Positions 9,539-19,655 are shown, numbered from the stretch's first letter. The stretch is DNA of 57,361 nt from Bdellovibrionales bacterium (GCA_031370005.1 JANMPT010000074.1:1-57361), one strand, 5' to 3'. A program made the numbers and translations. The notes: generated from the sequence alone by a model not told the origin.

Positions 9539-9913
9539 ATGAAAAACATGGTAGTTTTATTAGCTTTGTTGCTCGGAACGACATCAGCACTTGCGTTTAC
9601 GCAAACTGCGAAGGTATGCAGCGTTGGTCGCACCGGACAAATTTACACAACGGAATTTCGTGTAGAAGACACTCAAGCGACAATGAATGTCGACGGAAAT
9701 ACATTAGCATATAATGTAAAATCAATTACTGGAGCTGACTTAAGGCGCGCCTCAGTGATTTCCGGAGAAAAAGTGGTCGAAGCTTTGCAGTATGTAATTA
9801 GTTCCCCTCAAGGAACGACCACTCTTCAGATCGCCGTAGGCACTTCGGGAGTTCAGTATCTGATCTTTCCTGACACAGGAGTCATGGGCGCCAGTTCAGA
9901 TAACTGCCGTTAA
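9539..9913 (+). CDS. Small secreted hypothetical protein
   Basis: Strong GGAGG SD; signal peptide ending SALA; one Cys near each end of the mature chain. Confidence 0.8.
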   Translation: MKNMVVLLALLLGTTSALAFTQTAKVCSVGRTGQIYTTEFRVEDTQATMNVDGNTLAYNVKSITGADLRRASVISGEKVVEALQYVISSPQGTTTLQIAVGTSGVQYLIFPDTGVMGASSDNCR

Positions 9914-9935
9914 ATTTCAGTGCTAAATTTCGGAC

Positions 9936-11339
9936 CTAAATTTCAATAGTCCCGTCCGGTGGTCGCAGACCCTTCTTTTTAATCTTTTCAACCAATGTCG
10001 TTCGATTGAGCTTTAGCAACATCGCGGCTTGGTTTCTGTTCCAGCCTGTTTTTTCTAAGGCTCGCAGGATCAAGGCGTTTTCGTAGGTATCCACAGCTGT
10101 ATTAAAATCCAATCCTGATTCTGGGATGTTGACGACGCCCACTTCGCTAGCGATGGCTTTACCTGCTTTGTATTTCAATGGTAAATCGATTACCTCTAGC
10201 TGACCATGACCTTTTAAGATGGTCATTCTTTCCATGAGATTTTCAAGCTCACGAATATTTCCAGGCCATTGATAGTGAATGAGGCAATCTAAAGCGTCCT
10301 CAGTAAAACCCGTCAAACTGCGGCCCTTGTTTTTACCAAAAATATCCATAAAGTGCTTGAGCAATAGAGGGATGTCGCTTTTTCGCTCCCGCAATGCTGG
10401 GATATTTATGGGGATCACATTCAATCGATAGTACAAGTCTTCACGAAATCTTCCCATTTCAACGGCGGCTTCCAAATTTACATTCGTTGCGGTAATCACC
10501 CGTACATTTACTTGCACGGTTTTGGTACTGCCCACAGGTTCAAAACTTTTTTCTTGAAGAGCGCGTAGAAGTTTCACTTGCAGGGTTGGATCCATATCTC
10601 CGATTTCATCTAGAAAGATAGTTCCGCCATCGGCCATTTCGAAGCGGCCAACGCGGTTGGCAATCGCTCCAGTGAAGGCACCTTTAATATGGCCGAAAAG
10701 TTCACTTTCTAATAACTCACCAGGGATAGCGCCACAGTTAATTGGAATAAAGGGGCCCGTTGACCGTGGCGAGTTGTAGTGAATCGCGCGGGCGATCAAC
10801 TCTTTGCCTGTTCCAGTTTCACCATGCACAAGGACTGTGGAGTCAGAGTCAGCGACCCGCTCCACCATGCGCAAAACACTTTGGATTTCTTCGCTGGTAC
10901 CAATGATTTGATCAAATTTATATTTGCGATGAAGTTCGCTGCGGAGTTGGTGGTTTTCCTGCTGCAGATGCTTATGGGCCAAGGCTTTGTCTACTAAGCT
11001 AATTAGTTCGTCGAGATTAAAAGGTTTTGTAACAAAGTGAAATGCGCCTTTTTGAGTGGCGCGTACGGCGGTCTCAATTGTCGCATGACCTGTTAGAATC
11101 ACGACCTCGATTGCAGGGTATAGCAACTTTAAGAAAGTCATAAATTCAATGCCATCCCCATCTGGGAGATTCAGATCGACGATCGCTAGATCTATGGCTG
11201 TGTCACCCTGACAAAGAAGCTTTGCTTCCTCAATGCGGTTGGCGGTGATGACATTAAGTCCTTTTCTGTCTAACACTCTGAAGAGAGCTGTTCGTAAGCT
11301 CGATTCGTCATCTAAAATAAGCACGCGATGATTACGCAT
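9936..11339 (-). CDS. NtrC-family sigma54-dependent response regulator (REC-AAA+-Fis HTH)
   Basis: [14 protein letters not shown], Walker [40 protein letters not shown]. Confidence 0.95.
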   Translation of the reverse strand: MRNHRVLILDDESSLRTALFRVLDRKGLNVITANRIEEAKLLCQGDTAIDLAIVDLNLPDGDGIEFMTFLKLLYPAIEVVILTGHATIETAVRATQKGAFHFVTKPFNLDELISLVDKALAHKHLQQENHQLRSELHRKYKFDQIIGTSEEIQSVLRMVERVADSDSTVLVHGETGTGKELIARAIHYNSPRSTGPFIPINCGAIPGELLESELFGHIKGAFTGAIANRVGRFEMADGGTIFLDEIGDMDPTLQVKLLRALQEKSFEPVGSTKTVQVNVRVITATNVNLEAAVEMGRFREDLYYRLNVIPINIPALRERKSDIPLLLKHFMDIFGKNKGRSLTGFTEDALDCLIHYQWPGNIRELENLMERMTILKGHGQLEVIDLPLKYKAGKAIASEVGVVNIPESGLDFNTAVDTYENALILRALEKTGWNRNQAAMLLKLNRTTLVEKIKKKGLRPPDGTIEI

Positions 11340-11430
11340 GAACCTTCCTTCCTTGGTGGGTTCCTGTTTCTTTAATTAGAGTAATTGATTTCTGACAGGA
11401 CTGTCAAAAATTCCGCGCGGGCATTGCCTT

Positions 11431-13293
11431 TCAGGACCTTAAAACTGGACGAGGGAAGGAAATTTTTGCCTGGGTGATGAGACCAGTGTCGTGGCTGGTC
11501 GAGGAAGAAATTTCCAATCGGCCGCCGTGATCCTCGACAATCTGCGAGGCCACTGGTATGCCTAAGCCCGCACTTTCTTTTTCATAACTAATGCCGTTAT
11601 TTTTAACCGTAATCACGTACCGATCTGTCGTCAGCTCTAAACCCACGTCCAGCAGGCCTTTGAAGCCAGTTGCGTCTTTTTTGGCGCGGGCTAGTATGGA
11701 ATCAAATGACATCTGTAAAATATTTTTTATCGCTTGGGAGAGAAGATTTAAATGTCCCCGCGCCGGACAGGCTTTATCAGGTAAATCCATATTTACATAA
11801 ATAGTTTGCGATTTGATTTGAAGCTCCATAATTTTATATGCGCGGGTGACAACATCACGAAGATCAAGATCAGTAATTTCATCGACTGTTGGATTTCGGG
11901 TAAAGCCTAAAAGATTTTGAATAATATCCTTGCAGCGAAGTGCGCCAGCTTCCATCTCGACAATATCTGAATAAAGCGGATGATCTTTTGCCAAGTCCAT
12001 TTTAATTAACTGAGTGAAAGACAGAATTCCACCAAGCGGATTATTCAATTCATGAGCAATACTGCTGCCGATAGTTCCAAGCTCTGCCAACTTCGCTGTT
12101 TCAAGCAGCTGTTTTTCCATCTGTAATCTCTGAGTAATATCATGGTAAATATTCACATATACGGCCGGCTTTTGAGGTTCTAAGGAGAGGCTTTGGCTAT
12201 AAACATCAAAAGACTTTGTGGCTTTGTTATCTTGATGATCGAGACGGAAGTTCTTGCCGCGCTGGCAATATTCGCATGGACTTTGACGGCCATAGAGAAC
12301 CGTATAGCATTTCTGACCTATGACACTGCTGAAGGAGTGCTGACTTGCAATTGCGGAGTTTGCTTGAATAATATCGTAGTTGGCATCAATGATGGCTACA
12401 GGATCTGAAACGGCGTTAAAGGTGGCCTCCCATTGCTTTTTGAGCTCTTCAGACTCTTCGAGTTTTTGAATTCGTCCAAGTGCAAAAGAAACCGCCTCGG
12501 CCACACGATTAAGAAAATCCACCTCATCACGTAGAAACGAATGGTTCGGTGCGCGCATAAAGAAAATAGATCCAATGCGCTCATGTTGACGAAACAAAGA
12601 AACTCGCTGCTGAGTAAAGTGAAGTTTAGTTTCGACTTGTTCAGCAAAGAGATTATCTTGTGGTGCAAAGAAAATGCGGATCCATGAGGTCTGAACTGTT
12701 GAGGCCATGGATTCATTTAAAAGTTTTTCTATCTCAACGAGGGAGCCCGCCTTATGAACTGCCATGAGCGCATTTTTAAGTCCTTCAATTCGCACATTTG
12801 TTTGATAGAGTTTGCGACGAGCTTCTGTTAAAAACTTCGTTCGTTTCTCAACCCGGTCTTCAAGATCTGTTTGCAGTCGAACCAGTTTGTCTTTTTGCTC
12901 TCGAATGAGCTTTTCGAGATTCTTGTCTTGCTTCTGTCGATTCACCTCTTCCAGTGCACTGAAGAAGTGAGCCTCGATATCCGTTTCCTGATAGGAGGAG
13001 ATCACGCGAAATAAAGGATAAAGTTCGTGGATATCAGTTAACTGCTCTGGCGAGAAACCCTTCGGAACCACGGCGATCCACTGAACCGCAGGATTGTGAT
13101 CAAGAACTTGATGGTAGAATCGGCCAAATTTTTTTTCAAGAATTGATGTAATAGATAAAGCGACGACATCGCAGATAGCGTCTTTGCTCCACAGCAGAGC
13201 TTGAGTAAGATCCGGCAGAATTTGTGCGCCCAGATCGACAAGTCTGTCTTCCCAGGGCCCAATCAGTAGAAAACTGGTTTTCGTCACACGCAT
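11431..13293 (-). CDS. Cytoplasmic PAS-containing sensor histidine kinase with degenerate ATPase domain
   Basis: H-box SIAHELNNPL; PAS with GQKCY..LYGRQSPCEYC; N/G1 boxes divergent; upstream of NtrC-type regulator. Confidence 0.85.
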   Translation of the reverse strand: MRVTKTSFLLIGPWEDRLVDLGAQILPDLTQALLWSKDAICDVVALSITSILEKKFGRFYHQVLDHNPAVQWIAVVPKGFSPEQLTDIHELYPLFRVISSYQETDIEAHFFSALEEVNRQKQDKNLEKLIREQKDKLVRLQTDLEDRVEKRTKFLTEARRKLYQTNVRIEGLKNALMAVHKAGSLVEIEKLLNESMASTVQTSWIRIFFAPQDNLFAEQVETKLHFTQQRVSLFRQHERIGSIFFMRAPNHSFLRDEVDFLNRVAEAVSFALGRIQKLEESEELKKQWEATFNAVSDPVAIIDANYDIIQANSAIASQHSFSSVIGQKCYTVLYGRQSPCEYCQRGKNFRLDHQDNKATKSFDVYSQSLSLEPQKPAVYVNIYHDITQRLQMEKQLLETAKLAELGTIGSSIAHELNNPLGGILSFTQLIKMDLAKDHPLYSDIVEMEAGALRCKDIIQNLLGFTRNPTVDEITDLDLRDVVTRAYKIMELQIKSQTIYVNMDLPDKACPARGHLNLLSQAIKNILQMSFDSILARAKKDATGFKGLLDVGLELTTDRYVITVKNNGISYEKESAGLGIPVASQIVEDHGGRLEISSSTSHDTGLITQAKISFPRPVLRS

Positions 13294-13397
13294 ACGTTTG
13301 ATTTTACGGAAATACGTTCATAATGGCAGGATTTATTTCTGATTTCTTAACGGCGGTCTAACTAGAATTAGGTCGGGATAGGCTAGCGGAGGAGGTA

Positions 13398-13426
13398 TTG
13401 ACTTTGTATATACATGTATATACAAT
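13398..13426 (+). promoter_or_regulatory. Sigma70 promoter with embedded 22-bp palindromic operator
   Basis: TTGACT(13398-13403)-N17-TACAAT(13421-13426); perfect palindrome TTGTATATACATGTATATACAA at 13404-13425. Confidence 0.85.
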
Positions 13427-13432
13427 TGAATC

Positions 13433-13909
13433 ATGTTCGTTATAGAAGTGGTAAAAGCCTTAAAAGAGCGTAAAGTTCCTTTTGCAATAGTTGGCGGATA
13501 TGCGATGGCCCTTCTAGGGGTGGTGCGCGCGACCATGGATGTGGACTTTGTAATTAGTCTCAAAGAGGGGCATTTGAGGGAAACAGAAAAAGCCCTTAAA
13601 AAGGTCGGGCTTAGCTCAAGAATTCCCACCCGTGCTGAAGACATATTTAGATTTCGTAGAGAATATATTGAGCAGAGAAATTTAATTGCCTGGTCTTTTG
13701 TAGATTTCGGAAATCCGTCCAGACAAGTTGATATTTTAATTATTTACGATATTAAAGACATCGAAATCGTGAATGTCTCTGTTGCGGGTATGAAAATTCC
13801 AGTGGCAACTTTGCAGAGTCTGATTGAAATGAAAAAAAAGGCAGACAGACCTCAAGATTTGGTCGATATCAAAAATATGCAGGAGATCCTGAATGGCAAA
13901 AAGAAATAA
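13433..13909 (+). CDS. Nucleotidyltransferase (DUF6036/AbiEii-like), putative toxin
   Basis: IVGGYAMALLG..RATMDVD and C-terminal LIEMKKKADRPQDLVDI. Confidence 0.8.
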   Translation: MFVIEVVKALKERKVPFAIVGGYAMALLGVVRATMDVDFVISLKEGHLRETEKALKKVGLSSRIPTRAEDIFRFRREYIEQRNLIAWSFVDFGNPSRQVDILIIYDIKDIEIVNVSVAGMKIPVATLQSLIEMKKKADRPQDLVDIKNMQEILNGKKK

Positions 13910-14126
13910 CCCTGAGTTGGTGGCTGTGACACCTGATGAAGCCTTAGAGTTCCTGGAGTCCTTTCGAAAGCTCATAGCGGACAAGGACGAGCCAACAAAG
14001 CAAATTAGTATCCGAGTCCCTGGAAATATGTTGAAAGCTATCAAAGTAAAAGCAAAAGCGGAAGGGAAAAAGTATCAGTCATTTCTTGTGGAAATTCTCC
14101 GCAGGGAGATGAAGACTTGGGATTAA
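13893..14126 (+). CDS. CopG/BrnA-like ribbon-helix-helix antitoxin
   Basis: TKQISIRVP...KAKAEGKKYQSFL; overlaps the upstream gene by 17 nt, with AGGAG SD. Confidence 0.75.
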   Translation: MAKRNNPELVAVTPDEALEFLESFRKLIADKDEPTKQISIRVPGNMLKAIKVKAKAEGKKYQSFLVEILRREMKTWD

Positions 14127-14806
14127 AGTCTACATGAGGTGATGAGTTCAGCATGCTTGTAGATCGTATAGTCAGGATAGTCTTCGCGTTGCGAGGGCTG
14201 TTCTCCGACATGTTCGCCATGACAAAAGTAACAGGTGTGCGCACCACAAATTTTTGCCTGGCGAATTTCTTGCGATAGGCGATTGCCTATGCTGAGCAAC
14301 TCCTCTGGTTTGATATTTTCTGTATTAATAATATCTGAGAAGGCATCTTTTTTAGTTTCTTTTTTAAAGGTATTCACCAAATAGATTTTTTTAAAGTAGT
14401 GTTCTATATTGAGTGCTTTTATTTTTTTCATCTGCGCTTCGGGGGCGCCTGCGGTCACTAAAAATAAAATATATTTTGCAGCGAGTTTTTTGAGATTGGT
14501 CTCAACCCCCTCCATTAGTGGAAGTTTTGCCGGCACTTGGGGGTTGTAAAAGGCCGTCATTGCCTCTTGCAAAGCAATATTTGGGGTTGTCGATCCATAT
14601 TGGGCAATAAACTCTTGAAAGATCTCTGGGTGAGTGAGCTCAGATGCTTTGCTTGCCCGCCACGCCAAGCAGCTGTCAATATCGCTTTTGACTCCGTGTC
14701 GGATCATTTCCTCGCAGGCACGGCGGGCGGCTGTAGGAATAAGCAATTGGCTTGTGTCCAAGAGGGTGTCGTCTAAATCAAAGGCGATGCATTTAATCAA
14801 GGCCAT
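14123..14806 (-). CDS. HAD-superfamily hydrolase
   Basis: Motif I FDLDDTL, LVT, K, SIGN. Confidence 0.88.
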   Translation of the reverse strand: MALIKCIAFDLDDTLLDTSQLLIPTAARRACEEMIRHGVKSDIDSCLAWRASKASELTHPEIFQEFIAQYGSTTPNIALQEAMTAFYNPQVPAKLPLMEGVETNLKKLAAKYILFLVTAGAPEAQMKKIKALNIEHYFKKIYLVNTFKKETKKDAFSDIINTENIKPEELLSIGNRLSQEIRQAKICGAHTCYFCHGEHVGEQPSQREDYPDYTIYKHAELITSCRL

Positions 14807-14813
14807 GAAATCC

Positions 14814-15515
14814 TTAGACGGAAAAGTACGTCATCATGAGTTGAGTGAGACCCAGTTCAAAATGTGGCCACACTTGATCCAGATGGATTCTCTCTTGTTC
14901 TTCGATGCAGATCACGGGAATTTTGTGATCGAACCAGCCATATTGTCCAAGACTTCCAGGAGTCGGATAGCCGATATCTTCGCGGACGGGAAAGCCGGTT
15001 TTCCCAGCTAAAATCCTTGAGGCTTCTTTCCCTGGGGAGCCTGTATAAACAACGCAAGGCTCCCATGAGTGAAAGTGCACAATGAGCTTTGGTTTTTCAG
15101 TTTCAACCAACTGGACCATGGCCTGGGTTTCAACTTCACTGCCGGGGTGGGCGCCAGGATAGTAGCGGGGCCCTTTGGCCTCAGGGCTCCAGTCTTGTGA
15201 TGGAAAATTGCGATTCAGATCAACGCCTCTGTCATTCGTACGCTCGTTACGTAGATAGCCATCGACATTAATGCATGGAATAAGCAGCCAAGAGTGTAGG
15301 ATCGTTTCAGGGGACTCATCTTCAGTTTTTTGCAGCCATTTCAATAACTCTTGGGCAAGACGGACGCCTTCAGGTTCATCGCCGTGAACTCCGCCGACAA
15401 ACAGGATGGGAGCTGTGGTTTTTCCATCACGGGTGTGTGTTTTTTTATACAACTCTATTGGAGTGCCGCGGGAGCTTCGCGCCCAAGAAGTTTGATGAAA
15501 AATTTTAGCTTGCAT
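14814..15515 (-). CDS. mpaA: M14 zinc carboxypeptidase, murein peptide amidase A-like
   Basis: GGVHGDEPEG, RTNDRGVDLNRNFP, HFHSW, IGYPTPGSLG. Start reset to ATG 15515 because the longer ORF overlaps glmU. Confidence 0.85.
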   Translation of the reverse strand: MQAKIFHQTSWARSSRGTPIELYKKTHTRDGKTTAPILFVGGVHGDEPEGVRLAQELLKWLQKTEDESPETILHSWLLIPCINVDGYLRNERTNDRGVDLNRNFPSQDWSPEAKGPRYYPGAHPGSEVETQAMVQLVETEKPKLIVHFHSWEPCVVYTGSPGKEASRILAGKTGFPVREDIGYPTPGSLGQYGWFDHKIPVICIEEQERIHLDQVWPHFELGLTQLMMTYFSV

Positions 15516-15563
15516 ATGATGATTAAGCCTGATTTTTAGAAGCTTGAAAAGGACAGAAATTCC

Positions 15564-16979
15564 ATGGCAATGAATGACAAAAAGGAAGCGGCATCGGACA
15601 ATAAGTTGGCAATGATCATTTTGGCTGCGGGTAAAGGTACGCGTATGAAATCGCCACTTCCCAAAGTGCTTCATCCTGTAGCAGGGCGCCCGATGATTGA
15701 GAAAGTGATTCGCGCTTCTAAAAAAGCAGGGGCCACAGATTTGCGTGTGGTCGTCGGTCATGGTCAAAACTTAGTGCGTTCGGTGGTGGAGCCCCTGGGC
15801 GGGACTTGCTTTGTCCAAGACCATCAGCTGGGAACTGCTGACGCAGTAAAGGCGGCAAAAGTAGAAGACATCGAAGGAGACGTGATCATCATGAATGGTG
15901 ATCATCCTTTAATTGAGGCTGAAGACATTAAAATGTTTCTCAAAATGTTCCGTGATGAAGAGTGTGATTTAGCAGTCATTACTGCTGAAGTGAAAAAACC
16001 AGGAGCATTTGGCCGCGTCATCCGTCATATGGGTTATCTCAAGGCCATTGTTGAAGCAAAGGATGCCTCTGCAGATACCTTGAAAATTCGTGAAATCAAC
16101 ACAGGGATTTATGTCGTCAAAGCCAAGGTCCTTGAAGAGTACTTGCCACAAATAAAAAATCACAACTCCAAAAAAGAATACTATGTGACTGATCTTATTT
16201 CTCTTTGCATCGAAGATGGCTGCAAAGTCATGGCGATCAAAGCATCCCCGAAAGTCGCCGTGGGTGTAAACGATCAAATTGAACTGGCTCACGCAACCCG
16301 GCTTCTTTTTCGCCGCAAAGCCAAGCGTTTGATGGAGGAAGGCGTTTTAATGATTGATCCGACGACAACCTATGTTGAAGAGTCTGTTGAAGTCGGTCCA
16401 GGTTCTGTACTTTATCCAAATAGTTTTCTTCGAGGTGCCACGAAGGTAGGATCTTTTTCAGTGATTGAGTCCAATGTATTTATCTCTGACTCTCAGATCG
16501 GTGACAGCGTCCAAATTCGTGCTGGCAGCTATATCGAACAAACAGTGATTTTTAACCGGGCCACAGTGGGCCCTTATGCGCGCCTTCGTCCACAAACTTC
16601 TATTGGTGAGGACGCCCACGTGGGTAACTTTGTAGAAATGAAGAAAGTGAAGTTCGGCAAGAAGTCCAAAGCTGCGCATTTGACTTACTTGGGCGACGCT
16701 GAAGTGGGTGAAGATGTGAATATCGGTTGCGGTACCATCACGTGCAATTATGCCGTTGATAAAAGGAAATACAAAACAGTTATCGGAAATCGCGTATTTG
16801 TCGGAAGTGACACTCAATTCGTAGCTCCCATTGAGGTCGGTGATGATGCGGTGATTGGTTCAGGTTCAACGATCACCAAAAATATTCCGGCCAAGGCTTT
16901 GGCGGTGGCTCGCGGAAGACAAGTTATTAAAGAAAATTATACTTCGAAGGCTCCCGAAGAGCCCGTGGGCGAGGAGTAA
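15564..16979 (+). CDS. glmU: Bifunctional UDP-GlcNAc pyrophosphorylase/glucosamine-1-P acetyltransferase
   Basis: ILAAGKGTRMKS.LPKVLH, EINTG, VGNFVEMK, HLTYLGD, hexapeptide repeats. Confidence 0.97.
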   Translation: MAMNDKKEAASDNKLAMIILAAGKGTRMKSPLPKVLHPVAGRPMIEKVIRASKKAGATDLRVVVGHGQNLVRSVVEPLGGTCFVQDHQLGTADAVKAAKVEDIEGDVIIMNGDHPLIEAEDIKMFLKMFRDEECDLAVITAEVKKPGAFGRVIRHMGYLKAIVEAKDASADTLKIREINTGIYVVKAKVLEEYLPQIKNHNSKKEYYVTDLISLCIEDGCKVMAIKASPKVAVGVNDQIELAHATRLLFRRKAKRLMEEGVLMIDPTTTYVEESVEVGPGSVLYPNSFLRGATKVGSFSVIESNVFISDSQIGDSVQIRAGSYIEQTVIFNRATVGPYARLRPQTSIGEDAHVGNFVEMKKVKFGKKSKAAHLTYLGDAEVGEDVNIGCGTITCNYAVDKRKYKTVIGNRVFVGSDTQFVAPIEVGDDAVIGSGSTITKNIPAKALAVARGRQVIKENYTSKAPEEPVGEE

Positions 16980-16982
16980 AAC

Positions 16983-18866
16983 ATGTGTGGAATTGTTGGT
17001 TATCTAGGTCCCCAAAGTCCAAAAGAAGTGATCGTATCTGGTCTTAAGAAAATGGAATATCGCGGCTATGACTCTGCGGGGATCGCGATCCTGAACAAGG
17101 GCAAAATTAAACGTGTTCGGGCATCAGGAAAGCTGAAAGCTCTCGAAGACAAGCTCACAAACGAAGAGTTCGACGGTCACATCGGCATTGGCCATACCCG
17201 TTGGGCAACTCACGGAGCTCCAACGGAACGAAATGCACATCCTCATCAAGTGAGGGATATTAGCCTTGTACACAATGGTATTATTGAAAACTACATGGAG
17301 ATTCGCGAAGAGCTTATCGCAAAAGGGGCAGTGATTACCTCAGACACGGACTCAGAGCTCATTGCACACTTGATTGCCATTGAAATTGAAACCACGAAAG
17401 ATTTGTATAAGTCCGTGGAAAAGATTTTTAACAAGATTCGCGGGGCCTTTTCCATTGTCGTGATGTGGGAAAAAAATCCGAATCAGCTTGTGGCTTTCAA
17501 AGATGGCCCTCCATTGGTCATTGGTCTGGGCTTGAAAGAGACATTTGTCGCGAGTGATGTTCAAGCACTTCTTCAGTACACTCATAATTTTATATATCTT
17601 GATGATCGTGAAGTGGCGCTTATAAATGGTACAGACGTCAAAATTTTTTCCGCAAATGGTTTCCAAATTCAAAAGAAAACAATAGAGCTCAATTGGGATC
17701 CGCAAACAGTGGAAAAACAGGGTTTTTCTCACTTTATGTTAAAGGAAATCTATGAGCAGCCGCGCGCGGTGGCAGCTGCAATGGAACCTCATTTAAATCC
17801 AGAGAGTTTTTCAATTCGTTTGAAAAATGTTGGCTTTGACTGCTTGGTGAATAAGCTCGATGAGCTTGATCCTCAACAAGATTGGATGAGGACTCAAGAG
17901 GTCCTCAAAGGTATTGAAAGAATTTTTATTATTGCCTGTGGAACCAGTAGCTATGCAGGAATGGTTGGTAAGTATCTAGTCGAAAATATTGCCCAGATTC
18001 CAGTAGAAGTGGATATCGCAAGCGAGTTTCGCTATCGCAATCCGGTGATTCCGCCAAAGACTTTGGTTATGACAATCTCACAGAGTGGTGAAACCGCAGA
18101 TACCTTGGCGGCCATTCGTTTGGCCAAAGCAAGAGGAGCGACAACTCTTAGTATCTGCAACGTTCGAAATTCGACCATTGATCGCGAGGCCCATGGTCAC
18201 TTGTATATGAACTCCGGTCCTGAAATTGGAGTTGCAAGCACGAAGGCGTTCACCAGTACATTGGCTGTTTTAAACTGCTTTGCCGTGTCCCTGGGCCGCA
18301 TTCGCAATGTGATTAACGACAAGCAAGAAAAAGAATTCGCGCAAGCGCTTCTTGCGGCTCCAAGCCAAATGGAAGTTGTTTTAGCCTACGACAAATATTT
18401 CGATGAAGCCGCACATAAACTTCGAGAGTTCCGTGGCTTTCTATATATGGGTCGCGGAGTGAGTTTCCCAATTGCGATGGAGGGGGCTCTAAAACTCAAG
18501 GAACTAGCGTATATGCACGCTGAGGGCTATGCGGCAGGTGAAATGAAACACGGCCCCTTGGCTCTCATTGACGAGCGTATGGCGATTGTGATGTTGGCAC
18601 CAAATGATGAGCTTTATGAAAAATCAATTAGCAATTTAGAGGAGGCTCGCGCTCGTGGCGGTCAGGTGATTGCAATTGGAACCGGAGATAATGAGAAACT
18701 GAAGTCAATTAGTCAATACTATCTCTCCTTGCCGAAAGCTCATTGGACTATTAACCCTCTTTTAGAGGCGATCCCGTTACAGTTGATGGCATTTCATTTA
18801 GCAAACAGTCTTGGCTACGACGTTGACCAACCTCGCAATCTAGCGAAGTCAGTCACAGTCGAATAA
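16983..18866 (+). CDS. glmS: Glutamine-fructose-6-phosphate aminotransferase
   Basis: MCGIVG, EYRGYDSAG, GHTRWATHG, SQSGETADT, C-terminal PRNLAKSVTVE. Confidence 0.98.
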   Translation: MCGIVGYLGPQSPKEVIVSGLKKMEYRGYDSAGIAILNKGKIKRVRASGKLKALEDKLTNEEFDGHIGIGHTRWATHGAPTERNAHPHQVRDISLVHNGIIENYMEIREELIAKGAVITSDTDSELIAHLIAIEIETTKDLYKSVEKIFNKIRGAFSIVVMWEKNPNQLVAFKDGPPLVIGLGLKETFVASDVQALLQYTHNFIYLDDREVALINGTDVKIFSANGFQIQKKTIELNWDPQTVEKQGFSHFMLKEIYEQPRAVAAAMEPHLNPESFSIRLKNVGFDCLVNKLDELDPQQDWMRTQEVLKGIERIFIIACGTSSYAGMVGKYLVENIAQIPVEVDIASEFRYRNPVIPPKTLVMTISQSGETADTLAAIRLAKARGATTLSICNVRNSTIDREAHGHLYMNSGPEIGVASTKAFTSTLAVLNCFAVSLGRIRNVINDKQEKEFAQALLAAPSQMEVVLAYDKYFDEAAHKLREFRGFLYMGRGVSFPIAMEGALKLKELAYMHAEGYAAGEMKHGPLALIDERMAIVMLAPNDELYEKSISNLEEARARGGQVIAIGTGDNEKLKSISQYYLSLPKAHWTINPLLEAIPLQLMAFHLANSLGYDVDQPRNLAKSVTVE

Positions 18867-18899
18867 ACATTTGAATAAATATTTGAACAATCGATGGAA

Positions 18900-19655
18900 T
18901 TATTTTTTTAAACTGTAAGTTCCGGACATAAAAACATTGGTGACAGTGCCGGACTTTTCATCCGTGGTGCTCACTTGAGTATTTATCGTGATATCACCGT
19001 TAGTGTGTTTCATGACCAGGCTGTGTTTTCCCTTAGAATCAGTTAACATTTTCTCTAAATTGTCATCTTGTGAATAAAGAACTGAGGTAGTTTTGACAGC
19101 GGCTTTGTTATCAATGTCTATTTTATCTTGACGAAGAGCTGGCACGGAGCCGTCGAGGGTGCTAAATGCATAAGGAAGAACTAAGCTTGCGCTCAGATTT
19201 TGCGCGGAAGCCTCATCTGCTTTGACAGTGTGGCATACAACAACAATTTTTCCGTTATCTGTCGAAGTCGTAACAAAATCCTTTGGCAGTTCATAATGAG
19301 AACCTGTGGCAAATAATTGATTATTAATCTTGGAGTCCTTTACTGCGCGATCCACATAGAGCTCAGTGGATTGAAGAACGTAAGAACCCTTTTCTTTGGT
19401 AACAACGTCATCAAGGGTGAGCTCTTTTTCAATGTCACTACTCGTATTATTTTTTAGATCCATGCTAATAAGATTTTTGCAGCTATCCTGATAAACTGCT
19501 TTTAAATCACCTTTGTAGGCAGTTTTATCAACGGCCTTATCAGCAACGGGCTCAGTCGCACGTCGCGCAAAATCACTATCGCGCTTAGCACATGCGACCA
19601 TTGCTAGAACCACTGTAGGAACCAAGAAAAAATAACGCATTTTGAATGTGTTCAT
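18900..19655 (-). CDS. Hypothetical lipoprotein
   Basis: Lipobox MVAC; SD AAGGAG upstream; beta-rich C-terminus. Confidence 0.75.
   Translation of the reverse strand: MNTFKMRYFFLVPTVVLAMVACAKRDSDFARRATEPVADKAVDKTAYKGDLKAVYQDSCKNLISMDLKNNTSSDIEKELTLDDVVTKEKGSYVLQSTELYVDRAVKDSKINNQLFATGSHYELPKDFVTTSTDNGKIVVVCHTVKADEASAQNLSASLVLPYAFSTLDGSVPALRQDKIDIDNKAAVKTTSVLYSQDDNLEKMLTDSKGKHSLVMKHTNGDITINTQVSTTDEKSGTVTNVFMSGTYSLKK

Noticed and set aside
15516..15767. N-terminal extension of the M14 peptidase ORF
   Set aside because: Overlaps glmU on the opposite strand; family-like sequence begins at MQAKIF (15515)
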